Part shown: positions 19,664 to 28,525 of the stretch, one piece after another
How positions within the stretch are numbered: the stretch's first letter is position 1
How the letters are laid out: each line of letters opens with the position of its first letter
Source: a bacterium
GTDB lineage: Bacteria > Patescibacteriota > Minisyncoccia > UBA6257 > JAGOQP01
DNA: 64,000 nucleotides
Assembly: GCA_021812345.1 (NCBI GenBank)
Contig: JAKANP010000001.1
Span: forward strand, 54,979-118,978
Direction: 5' to 3'
Translations under genes and position numbers: made by a program
The notes under the pieces: model-generated
What the model was told of the DNA's origin: nothing
The model's database searches: none
What the model saw: only the letters and a program-made list of their open reading frames with translations

Positions 19664-20747
19664 ATGATTCAAAAAGAGTATGAATTAAAAATTAACGAGC
19701 TTCTTCAACGCCTCCAACAGCTAGGAGGCTGGCTTTGACGTAGAATCAAAACAAAACAGAATGAAAGAAATCCAGGCTCTTATGCAAGATTCTGATTTTT
19801 GGAAAAACAAAAATTCCGCCGATGAAACAATAAAAGAAATGGGCGACATCCAAAATGTTTTGGATAAATATCTTAAAGCTCAAAAAATGGTTGAAGAACT
19901 TGTAAAAAACAGCGAAGAAATAAACGAGGACGAATATTATAAAACGGAAAAAATAATAAAAGAACTTGAAATAAAAAAATTATTCAAAAACGAGTTTGAT
20001 TCCGGAAATGCCATAGTTTCTATTTATGCCGGCGCCGGGGGACAGGACGCGGCCGATTGGGTTCACATGCTTTATCTGATGTATGAAAAATATTCTCAAA
20101 AAAAAGATTGGAAAATATCGGTAATCGATTCCGCTCAAGAATCGGGAGAAGCAAGAACTGGAAGGACTTCGTTAAAAAATATAACTTTTGAAATAAAAGG
20201 GAATTATGCTTACGGCTATTTAAAAAAAGAGAGCGGCGTTCATCGTTTAGTGAGAGTTTCTCCTTTTTCGGCTCAAGGGCTAAGGCACACTTCGTTTGCT
20301 TTGGTTGAAGTTTTACCTGAAATAAAAGAAAGTTCTTTAAAAATAAATCCGGCTGATTTGAAAGTTGAATTTTATCGCTCTTCCGGACCCGGAGGACAAA
20401 ATGTAAATAAAGTTGAAACAGCCGTAAGAATAGTTCACTTGCCTACGGGACTTTCCGCGTCGTCTCAAGTGGAGCGCTCTCAATCACAAAACAGGGACAA
20501 GGCTATGAAAATTTTGGAAGCCAAGCTTATTCAATTGATGGAAAAAGAAAGAGTCAAAGAAATTGAAAAAATAAAAACAAAGGTCAAGCCGGAATGGGGA
20601 AGTCAGATAAGGTCTTATGTCTTAAATCCCTACAAACTTGTTAAAGACCATCGCACCGAACATGAAACAACTCAAATTGACAAGGTGATTGAAGGAGGAG
20701 ATTTGGACGGATTCATAGAATCGGAATTGACTGCCGATAATATCTGA
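19664..20747 (+). CDS. prfB: peptide chain release factor 2 with programmed +1 frameshift at 19733-19739
   Basis: Internal AGGAGG then CTT TGA C; +1 frame joins the ORF with SPF and GGQ motifs. Confidence 0.96.
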
Positions 20748-20805
20748 TAAAATCTTCATAAAGCGTTTGGATTTTTTTAAAGCGCGTGATATAATTATTT
20801 TCGTT

Positions 20806-21498
20806 ATGATTATTTTTCAAGGAGTATCAAAAATTTATAAAGGCGACGATCATGAATTAGTAGCTCTTGATAATGTCAGTTTTAAAATCAATCCCAAAGA
20901 ATTTGTTTCTTTAGTGGGGAAATCAGGCGCCGGAAAATCAACTATAATAAAACTTTTAACGGGAGAAGAAAAACCTACCAAAGGCAGAATTATTTTTGGT
21001 TCTTATGATGTTACCAAAGTAAAGAATAACGAACTTTATCAAATGAGGCGCCATATCGGCACCATTTTCCAGGACTTTAAATTGCTTCCGGAAAAAACCG
21101 CCTTTGAAAATGTGGCTTTTGCTTTAGAAGCTTCGGGAAGGCCCGAAGGAGAAATCACCGAACTTGTCCCGAAAGCGTTGGATATGGTGGGACTTTCTTC
21201 AAAAATAAAAAGTTTTCCCAGAGAAATGTCCGGTGGAGAAAAACAAAGAGTTGCTATTGCCCGCGCTATGATAAATAATCCCGATGTTATAATTGCCGAT
21301 GAGCCAACCGGGAATCTGGACCCTATAAACAGCAACGATATTATAAAACTTCTTTTAAAAATCAATGAACTTGGAACAACTATAATTTTAGCCACTCACA
21401 ATAAAGACGTGATTAATAATTTAAGCAAACGAGTTATCAGTCTTGAGTCGGGACAAATAATTCGCGACGAAGAGGAAGGGAAATATATTTTATTTTAA
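20806..21498 (+). CDS. ftsE: cell division ATP-binding protein FtsE
   Basis: GKSGAGKST, FQDFKLL, MSGGEKQR, ADEPTGNLD; upstream of ftsX. Confidence 0.93.
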   Translation: MIIFQGVSKIYKGDDHELVALDNVSFKINPKEFVSLVGKSGAGKSTIIKLLTGEEKPTKGRIIFGSYDVTKVKNNELYQMRRHIGTIFQDFKLLPEKTAFENVAFALEASGRPEGEITELVPKALDMVGLSSKIKSFPREMSGGEKQRVAIARAMINNPDVIIADEPTGNLDPINSNDIIKLLLKINELGTTIILATHNKDVINNLSKRVISLESGQIIRDEEEGKYILF

Positions 21499-21507
21499 GA
21501 TTTAAAA

Positions 21508-22416
21508 ATGGTTACTACTTTTTTCAGAATAATCAAATACGGCAAGCAAAATTTTTCAAGAAACGCTTGGCTTTCCACCGCGACTATTGCCATCATGGTT
21601 TTAGCATTATTAGTTTTTATGGGTTTGATAATTTTTAATGTTCTCACCAGAACTGTTATCTCCAGCATTGAAGATAAAATTGATATCAGTGTTTATTTCA
21701 AAACTACTACCGCCGAAGATGATATTTTGAGAATAAAATCGACTTTACAAGGATTGCCCGAAGTAAAAAGCGTCGATTATATTTCCAAAGACGAGGCGCT
21801 GGCTATTTTTAAAGACAAGCACGCTAACGATCAGACAATATCTCAGGCGATTTCGCAATTAACCGATAATCCGCTTTTAGCTTCTTTAAACATCAAAGCA
21901 CGCAACCCGAGCGATTATCAGGCAATTTCCGATTATCTTAACAACGACTCTATCAGTCCGTTTGTTGATAAAGTTTCTTACGCTCAAAATGCCGGCGTGA
22001 TAGACAGATTGAATAAAATAACAACAACCGCTAAGAATGGAGGATTGGGTCTTGCTATAGTTATGTCGTTAATAGCAATGTTGATAACTTTCAACACTAT
22101 TCGTTTGGCTATTTATTCGAACAGAGAAAGCGTAAACATTATGCGTCTTGTCGGTGGTTCCAACTTTTTTATCCGAGGGCCATTTTTGATTGAAGGAATT
22201 TTATATGGAGTAATTTCGGCGATTGTAAGCTTGATTATTTTGGCGCCGATAATTTATTTTGTTTCTCCTTATACCAACGCTGTTATTCCGGAATTAAACT
22301 TGTGGAGTTATTTTGTCGGCAGGTTGCCCGTATTGCTTGTTTATCAACTTTTGTTTGGTATCGGACTTGGAATAATTTCCAGCTTCATCGCTATCGGAAA
22401 GTATTTGAAAAATTAA
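21508..22416 (+). CDS. ftsX: cell division permease FtsX
   Basis: TM-ECD-3TM layout; NTIRLAI, IMRLVG, FIRGPF. Confidence 0.93.
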   Translation: MVTTFFRIIKYGKQNFSRNAWLSTATIAIMVLALLVFMGLIIFNVLTRTVISSIEDKIDISVYFKTTTAEDDILRIKSTLQGLPEVKSVDYISKDEALAIFKDKHANDQTISQAISQLTDNPLLASLNIKARNPSDYQAISDYLNNDSISPFVDKVSYAQNAGVIDRLNKITTTAKNGGLGLAIVMSLIAMLITFNTIRLAIYSNRESVNIMRLVGGSNFFIRGPFLIEGILYGVISAIVSLIILAPIIYFVSPYTNAVIPELNLWSYFVGRLPVLLVYQLLFGIGLGIISSFIAIGKYLKN

Positions 22417-22428
22417 TTTTAAAAAAAC

Positions 22429-22456
22429 AAAATCGCCTTGAATTAAGGCGATTTTT
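22429..22456 (+). terminator. intrinsic terminator after ftsX
   Basis: AAAATCGCCTT-GAATT-AAGGCGATTTTT. Confidence 0.65.
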
Positions 22457-22488
22457 AGTTTATTTTTATTAAGGACTTTTATATTTAA

Positions 22489-22559
22489 TGGGGGATCGTC
22501 TAATGGTAGGACATGGGCCTTTGAAGCCCAGTATCGGGGTTCGAATCCCTGTCCCCCAG
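22489..22559 (+). tRNA. tRNA-Gln(TTG)
   Basis: TGGGGGA/TCCCCCA acceptor stem, TGGGC-CTTTGAA-GCCCA anticodon arm, GGTTCGAATCC. Confidence 0.95.
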
Positions 22560-22777
22560 CAAAATAAATACACTCTTGTGGTGTATTTTATTTTGCATGG
22601 GAAGTCCCGAAACTGCTTTCGGGACGTCAGGGATTTTAAACGACGTAGCTTGTTCCGCTCAGCAGAGCGGAACGCGAGTCGGTGCTTAGACCAATTCTAC
22701 TCGACGGAGTAGAATTGAGTCGAAGGAGATTCCCTGCCGCGCCCGTCCGAAACTTTAGTGAAGGAGGGTCCCCCAGC
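22559..22777. repeat. hairpin-rich segment ending in an interrupted copy of the tRNA-Gln 3' end
   Basis: Four inverted repeats, then GATTCCCTG[32 nt]TCCCCCAGC at 22728-22777 versus tRNA GAATCCCTGTCCCCCAGC. Confidence 0.6.
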
Positions 22778-22948
22778 CGATTTTTAAGCGTAAAAATCGC
22801 GTCGGAATGAGTACATTTCCGACGTCGTCCACTATCTCTTTATTTTGTGTACAGCAAGCAACTTGGGTCAAAAATTTAAAGAATAGTAAGTTTCTTGTAT
22901 TAATCTTCCATTTGCTGATATACTGAATAAACAATTAAAAAAATATAT

Positions 22949-23074
22949 ATGGGCAAAAGAAACACAAGCACCGGCAGACGCAGGCCGTCAAAATCTCATA
23001 AGACTAAAAAAAGACTGGAGGCAAAGAGACTTATGCTTGAATCAAAGAAAAAGAAACATCTTTCAAAAAAATAA
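22949..23074 (+). CDS. 41-aa Lys/Arg-rich small protein
   Basis: MGKRNTSTGRRRPSKSHKTKKRLEAKRLMLESKKKKHLSKK*; TGATATACT upstream and hairpin/T run downstream; below ORF-track cutoff. Confidence 0.6.
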   Translation: MGKRNTSTGRRRPSKSHKTKKRLEAKRLMLESKKKKHLSKK

Positions 23075-23302
23075 AATCCGAACAAAAAATCGTCAATCAG
23101 GCGGTTTTTTGTTTCTTCTGTGCTTTGCAAGCTGCAAACGGACGCAGTAAAATAAATTCGTGCAACCGGGGGTCGGGAGATCGTCTTCAATTAATAAATT
23201 AATCGGCAAAATATATGAAAAAAATAAATATCAATAAAATGCGTAAAAAAATACTTTAATTATTAATTTGTAAAAATTTCAAAAATGATTTAATATAAAC
23301 AT

Positions 23303-24277
23303 ATGAACAAAAAAATTAATATTTTATTTTTATCGCTCTTTGCCTTGATCGGAGTTGTTTTTGTAATTCCTCATTCCGTGTTAGCTGATGGACCGGAGTT
23401 TTTACCTCCTGCATGTGGACAATACGATGGAAATCAACGTACTTGTAGTTTTTATACGGTTAGTCGTGATATGAATATAACTCCCGAACTTACAAACTCA
23501 TTTGTGTTTGTAACTCATTTGAGAAATAAAGATATGATAGGATATGTAGATCAAAGTCTAACAAATGCGGACTATAAGTTGCAGAATTTTGTCTCAACGA
23601 CAGGGATTATTGATGAAGCAGTTGATAAAAATTATTTTAATGAAAATGGCGGAATAAATAATCTTTTTACAAAAACAGATATTATAAAAGTAGCAGCGTC
23701 TTCTTCGTGTCCGAGTGGATATCAAATAATCGACGTTCCCATAGACCAGAATGGAAATAGTACATGCGCCAAAGAAGCAGCTCCAAAACCAGAGACAAAA
23801 AAACATATGTTTAGTATATGGGTAGTAGCAACAGATAAATACGATTCTCCTTCCGCTAAACCCGGAAATTTGGTGCCTTGGAATCAGGGAGACCACATTG
23901 ATCCATTTGTTCAGACAACTTTAGGTAATCCAATTACTATAAAAATATTAAGATACAGTCCTCTGGGAATTTTGAATAATAAAATAATTTTTTATCGCTC
24001 TCAAGAAATTTATTATATTAATCAAGGAACCGAAAAAACCATCTCCAGACAAACAAACTTATCGGCACCTACCGTTCAAGGGATCAAACCATTTTCGGCG
24101 GCACAAACAAATGTTGTAACAAATATCCAGGCAAATACAACTACCACAACTGTTTCTGCTACAACTAGTCAAAATGACAACAAGCCGGTTACCGTCAATT
24201 CTCCATCTTTAATTGGTTATATAAAATCTTTTTTCTCCGGATTTGGTAATCTTGTGCGAATACTTTTCCGCTTCTAA
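23303..24277 (+). CDS. secreted hypothetical protein with Thr-rich linker
   Basis: Signal peptide ending VLA-D, four Cys, TTTTTVSATT linker, amphipathic C-tail. Confidence 0.7.
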   Translation: MNKKINILFLSLFALIGVVFVIPHSVLADGPEFLPPACGQYDGNQRTCSFYTVSRDMNITPELTNSFVFVTHLRNKDMIGYVDQSLTNADYKLQNFVSTTGIIDEAVDKNYFNENGGINNLFTKTDIIKVAASSSCPSGYQIIDVPIDQNGNSTCAKEAAPKPETKKHMFSIWVVATDKYDSPSAKPGNLVPWNQGDHIDPFVQTTLGNPITIKILRYSPLGILNNKIIFYRSQEIYYINQGTEKTISRQTNLSAPTVQGIKPFSAAQTNVVTNIQANTTTTTVSATTSQNDNKPVTVNSPSLIGYIKSFFSGFGNLVRILFRF

Positions 24278-24280
24278 CTA

Positions 24281-24661
24281 ATGATTCCTTACACATATCA
24301 ATTTCTTTTCTCTCTGTTTGGAACCGTTGTAATTGAAACGGCGGTTCTTATTATCCTGGTGCGATTAATTTTTAAAATCGACCAACAAAAAATCGAATTA
24401 AAAGTTCTCTTGACTGCGGGTGTCTTTGCCAACTTAAGTACAATATCTTATGTTTGGTATGTTATTCCCATTTTGACATTTTGGAATCTTCCACTCGCCA
24501 TTGCTATCGGAGAGATATTCGCTTTTCTGATGGAAGCTATTTTTTACGAGGTATTTTTAAAATTTAACTTCAAAAGAGCTCTTATGGTATCGTTTTTATG
24601 TAATATCAGTTCGTTCATATTAATGACCCCACTACTTAAAGCATTTATCCTTTTTTCTTAA
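24281..24661 (+). CDS. small multi-TM membrane protein
   Basis: Four hydrophobic segments; TVVIE, GEIFAFLME, CNISSF; 3 nt after the previous gene. Confidence 0.7.
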   Translation: MIPYTYQFLFSLFGTVVIETAVLIILVRLIFKIDQQKIELKVLLTAGVFANLSTISYVWYVIPILTFWNLPLAIAIGEIFAFLMEAIFYEVFLKFNFKRALMVSFLCNISSFILMTPLLKAFILFS

Positions 24662-24823
24662 TTGAAACATATTTAAATCCAGGTTTTTTAAAATAGGTTT
24701 AAATTTTTTATATTTGATAATAATTCAATTTAAAACAAAAACAAAACGGGCTAATGGAAAAAGTATCCTATAGTGATATACTCAAATTAGCAAACAAATT
24801 TTCAAAAAAAGAGAGGGGGGGAT

Positions 24824-25912
24824 ATGATACTACTGCCCAAGATTGCTATTCGTGGCTTAGGGCGAGAAATTATTTTTATTCAAGGGGGAATGGGTGCAGG
24901 TATTTCTCTTGCGCCTCTTGCCGGAGCGGTTGCTCGGAGAGGTGGCGTTGGAACGGTATCTTTTGTCGCCTTGGATAGATTTGTTGAGCGTCGCATAGGC
25001 CATAAAGTGAGCCATCATGAAGCCGCCGAACTTGAAATTCAAGAAGCGCGACGAATTTCCTGTGGCAATGGCGCAATCGCCATTAATTGTATGGTCTTGA
25101 TTGAAAGGACATATATTCCTTCAATAGAAGGCGCAATTGATGGCGGAGTAAATGCAATTATTGCCGGTGCGGGTTTGCCTATGACTTTGCCTGAAATTGT
25201 AGATAATGCACCCGTTTCGCTAATTCCCATCATTTCTTCCGGTAGGGCATTGGAACTAATATGCCGTCGCTGGAGCCGTTATGAAAAAATACCCGACGCA
25301 GCAATTCTTGAAGGGCCACTTGCGGGAGGACATCTTGCTTTTAGAGCTGAAGATATTTTCAAACAAGAATTTCAGTTGGAAGCGATATTTGAACGAGTTA
25401 AAATAATCGCTCAGAAAAACGGAAATTTTCCGATAATTGTGGCTGGTGGCATTTATACTCGTGAAGATATTATTTGGTGGATTAATGCCGGAGCCGATGG
25501 TGTACAGATGGGGACTCGCTTTGCCGCAACACACGAAAGTGGCGCATCAAAAGAGTTTAAAAATGCCATTGTTGCTTGTTGCTCAGAGGATATAGAAATA
25601 GCAACCAACCCGGGATCACCGGCAGGATTACCATTTCGTGTTATCCGTACTTCACCTGGGTACCAACAAGCACTGATTCATGGAAGAAAAATTTTATGCG
25701 ATAAGCAATATCTATTGAATAAAGACAAGAGCGGCCGTTTGGGATGCCCCGCTTTGGATGGTAATGATGCTTTTTGTATCTGTAACGCTCTTTTATCCGC
25801 AGCGGATTGTAATAACGTATCCGAATTGCCGATCTTTACCGTTGGAGCGAATGCGGCTCGTGTAGATCGCATTCTCTTCGTTGATGAATTGATGGATGAA
25901 TTAATAGGGTGA
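24824..25912 (+). CDS. nitronate monooxygenase/FabK/FabX-family flavoprotein
   Basis: IQGGMGAGIS, EGPLAGGH, AGGI, GVQMGTRF, Cys-rich C-terminus. Confidence 0.85.
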   Translation: MILLPKIAIRGLGREIIFIQGGMGAGISLAPLAGAVARRGGVGTVSFVALDRFVERRIGHKVSHHEAAELEIQEARRISCGNGAIAINCMVLIERTYIPSIEGAIDGGVNAIIAGAGLPMTLPEIVDNAPVSLIPIISSGRALELICRRWSRYEKIPDAAILEGPLAGGHLAFRAEDIFKQEFQLEAIFERVKIIAQKNGNFPIIVAGGIYTREDIIWWINAGADGVQMGTRFAATHESGASKEFKNAIVACCSEDIEIATNPGSPAGLPFRVIRTSPGYQQALIHGRKILCDKQYLLNKDKSGRLGCPALDGNDAFCICNALLSAADCNNVSELPIFTVGANAARVDRILFVDELMDELIG

Positions 25913-25945
25913 CGCTTAGCTAATTTCTACTAAGCGTCTTTTTTT
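25911..25945 (+). terminator. intrinsic terminator
   Basis: GACGCTTAG...CTAAGCGTC plus T run. Confidence 0.6.
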
Positions 25946-25990
25946 AAATAATTTAAAATAAAAAATTTATCATATTAATGATACAAATTA

Positions 25991-26566
25991 TTAAATTAAA
26001 TTATCTTTGTTTTTTATAAAAACCAAAAAGAATCCGATTACTCCGCCTAATAAATCAAAACTTAAATCTCCCATCGTATCAAGATTGGTCGGTTGGTCTA
26101 ACAAGTTAAGATGAACTCTCCAATTTACCAATTTCTCTCCTAAAATATCCAAACGAAAGGCGTCATGAGCGCATTCATACATTTCCCAAGCTACCGATAC
26201 CAAAGCTATGATTGCTATGATTTCAATAAACATTTTCCATTTTTCTTCTTTCAATAATGAATATTTCGGATAAAGCTTATCAAACAGAATAAGTCCGATG
26301 GCTAAAGCAACTCCAAAAAATAAATGTTCAAAAGCGTCATATCCAAAAAATCCCTCAATGCATCCTAAATATTTTGAACAAACATTATTTCCCGCCCAAT
26401 CGTAAAGAAGCTCTCCCAAGCTGGTGATTAAAAGCCAGACCGCCGTAAAATAAAAAAGTAAAATTTTTATTTTTTTTATTTCTGTTCCTTTTGATAATTT
26501 TGTAAAAAAAATAACTATCGCCGAAATTACAAAAGATAAAATTATTACATATGTTGGCGTATCCAT
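25991..26566 (-). CDS. membrane protein, VanZ/DUF2238-like
   Basis: YDAFEHLFFG, AWEMYE, DTMGDL motifs among TMs. Confidence 0.6.
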   Translation of the reverse strand: MDTPTYVIILSFVISAIVIFFTKLSKGTEIKKIKILLFYFTAVWLLITSLGELLYDWAGNNVCSKYLGCIEGFFGYDAFEHLFFGVALAIGLILFDKLYPKYSLLKEEKWKMFIEIIAIIALVSVAWEMYECAHDAFRLDILGEKLVNWRVHLNLLDQPTNLDTMGDLSFDLLGGVIGFFLVFIKNKDNLI

Positions 26567-26691
26567 TTGTTATTACTTATTAATACGGATAAAAAGTGAT
26601 TTTGTTTTCTTTACGGCGAGTATGTGACATATATGGACAAAAATCATTTTTATATTATACTCTTTTCAGATATTTGAAAAAGGAGGGCTCT

Positions 26692-27714
26692 GTGAAAAAG
26701 GGCTTTTATCTGGAGAATTGGCACAAGTTGTCTTTGCCTGTAGTTCAAATTGCCAACGAATTAAATCCGTTTTATAACAAGGGAGTTGTTTTTTATGCGG
26801 CATTGGCTAACCATTTGCCTTATGAAAACATAAAATTTATTACGGTTTATGGGCTTTTACAAAACGCATTGGATGTTGGGGCTCTTCAAAAGACAAAGAT
26901 TTTGGTTGAGGCAACCTCCGGCAATACCGGCGTGGCGTTGGCTTTGATGGCAAAACATTTTGGGATTAACAAGGTTAAGCTTGTGGTGGCTCCCGATATC
27001 CCCGATGGAAAGCGTTATCCGCTGATTCTTGCCGGAGCGGAATTGATTTATCCCAAGGAAGGATTGAGTGCTATCGCAACTGCCAGAGAAATGGGAGGCG
27101 GGGGATGGAAGCCGGATGGTTGGCAACCTGATAGCGGATATTTGAATCTTGACCAATATGCCAATCCTTTTGGCGCCGAACCTCATTCAACTTTTACCGC
27201 TGATAAGATAGTAGAAAAGCTTTTTTATAACACTCCGTCTATTTTTGTTTCCGGCATTGGGACCGGAGGGACTATGGTTGGTATCGGTAAATATATCAAG
27301 CGCAATAATATGCGCGCGGTAAATATCGGCGTGCTTTTGAAGGCGGGGAGTGAAATTCCCGGAGTAAGAGATTTGAATCGGATGAAAGAAATAACTTTGC
27401 CTTGGAGAGATTTTTCAGACGGCATTGTTGAAATAGGTTCAAGGCAATCGTATTTGGCGAGTCTGTGGCTTAACTGGGTTATGGGTATTACTCCCGGTCC
27501 AAGCAGCGGCTTTGCTTATTTGGGAGCTCTGAAGTTTATCAAGAGCCTGATTGATTCCAAGTTGGATTCTTTTAGGGATGATCATGACAAGGTTAGAGTT
27601 GTTGTTATTTTTCCCGACGGAAATCGCCCCTACGGAGATAGGTATATGGCAAACTTGCCCTTTGAGTGTTTGAGTCCGGCAACAGCGCCATTGCCTTGGA
27701 ATTGGAAAGTATAG
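26692..27714 (+). CDS. divergent cysteine synthase-family PLP enzyme
   Basis: EATSGNTG, QYANP, GIGTGGT, GPSSG, IFPDG; probable PLP Lys in ENIKF; GTG start after AGGAGG. Confidence 0.8.
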   Translation: MKKGFYLENWHKLSLPVVQIANELNPFYNKGVVFYAALANHLPYENIKFITVYGLLQNALDVGALQKTKILVEATSGNTGVALALMAKHFGINKVKLVVAPDIPDGKRYPLILAGAELIYPKEGLSAIATAREMGGGGWKPDGWQPDSGYLNLDQYANPFGAEPHSTFTADKIVEKLFYNTPSIFVSGIGTGGTMVGIGKYIKRNNMRAVNIGVLLKAGSEIPGVRDLNRMKEITLPWRDFSDGIVEIGSRQSYLASLWLNWVMGITPGPSSGFAYLGALKFIKSLIDSKLDSFRDDHDKVRVVVIFPDGNRPYGDRYMANLPFECLSPATAPLPWNWKV

Positions 27715-27730
27715 TTTTGATTTTTAATTT

Positions 27731-27756
27731 ATCCGCCCGAAAACGGCGGATTTTTT
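27731..27756. terminator. terminator between convergent genes
   Basis: ATCCGCC-CGAAAAC-GGCGGAT plus T run. Confidence 0.6.
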
Positions 27757-28487
27757 TATTTTTTTTCGCGCAAAATACAAAACGGAGTCATCTCGTCAGC
27801 TTGTCCTAAGGGATTATCTTTAAATGCCTGCTGAATAAATTTTTCGGTAATTGATCTATTTGATTTTCCGACAGAAAAGGCTCCTAAATAATTGGCGTCC
27901 AATATCACAGCTTCGTTTCCAAATTCTTTTTTTATTTTTTTTGCCGCGCCATCCGGATCCATCGGCGCTAATTTTGCATGATGAGCATATTCCAAAATAT
28001 TAAATGAGAGGGGACAGTCGATGGATTTTGCTCTTTTGCCGCAAATCACGTAAAACAAACCTTTGATTCCGAGCGGGCGAGTAATTGCCGAAATTGCGGC
28101 CGCCAAAAAAACTCTCGGATATCCGGCTTCTTCTATTAAAAGTTGCATTGCCATCGGAGTGCCGTGGCCAAAACCTCTAAAATCTTTTGTTCCGTATTTA
28201 TTGTTGACTTTTCTTGCCAAGAATCTGGCAAAAGAAGTCGGTTTAATATCGTTTAGATTTATAATTCTTCCTTGAGTGATAGCCAAGACCTTTTCGCTTA
28301 CAAAAATTATATCGTTTGGCTCCAGATAAGGCGTTATATATTTTTTTAATTCTTCAATAATATCGCTTTTTTCGGTGATGAGGGCTGTTCTTATGGGCAA
28401 TCTTAAATATGTTTTTGAACCGATTTGAATTTCCAGATTTTTCCCCTTGTTGGGTTTTATTTCTTTGTTGTTGATTTCATTTTTCAT
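27756..28487 (-). CDS. CofE-like (F420-0:gamma-glutamyl ligase family) protein
   Basis: VSEKVLAITQG, ILDANYLG, DNPLGQADEMTPF. Confidence 0.75.
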   Translation of the reverse strand: MKNEINNKEIKPNKGKNLEIQIGSKTYLRLPIRTALITEKSDIIEELKKYITPYLEPNDIIFVSEKVLAITQGRIINLNDIKPTSFARFLARKVNNKYGTKDFRGFGHGTPMAMQLLIEEAGYPRVFLAAAISAITRPLGIKGLFYVICGKRAKSIDCPLSFNILEYAHHAKLAPMDPDGAAKKIKKEFGNEAVILDANYLGAFSVGKSNRSITEKFIQQAFKDNPLGQADEMTPFCILREKK

Positions 28488-28525
28488 CGGTTGTATTATA
28501 ATATTAATTCAAATAATATCAAAAT

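Noticed and set aside
22488-22712. 74-aa ORF here, and 92-aa ORF at 55314-55592
   Set aside because: Both are translations of tRNA-Gln genes
23120-23190. Possible c-di-GMP-I riboswitch (GCAAAC..GGACGCA)
   Set aside because: The intervening GNRA hairpin and second stem are missing; cannot be supported without an Rfam scan
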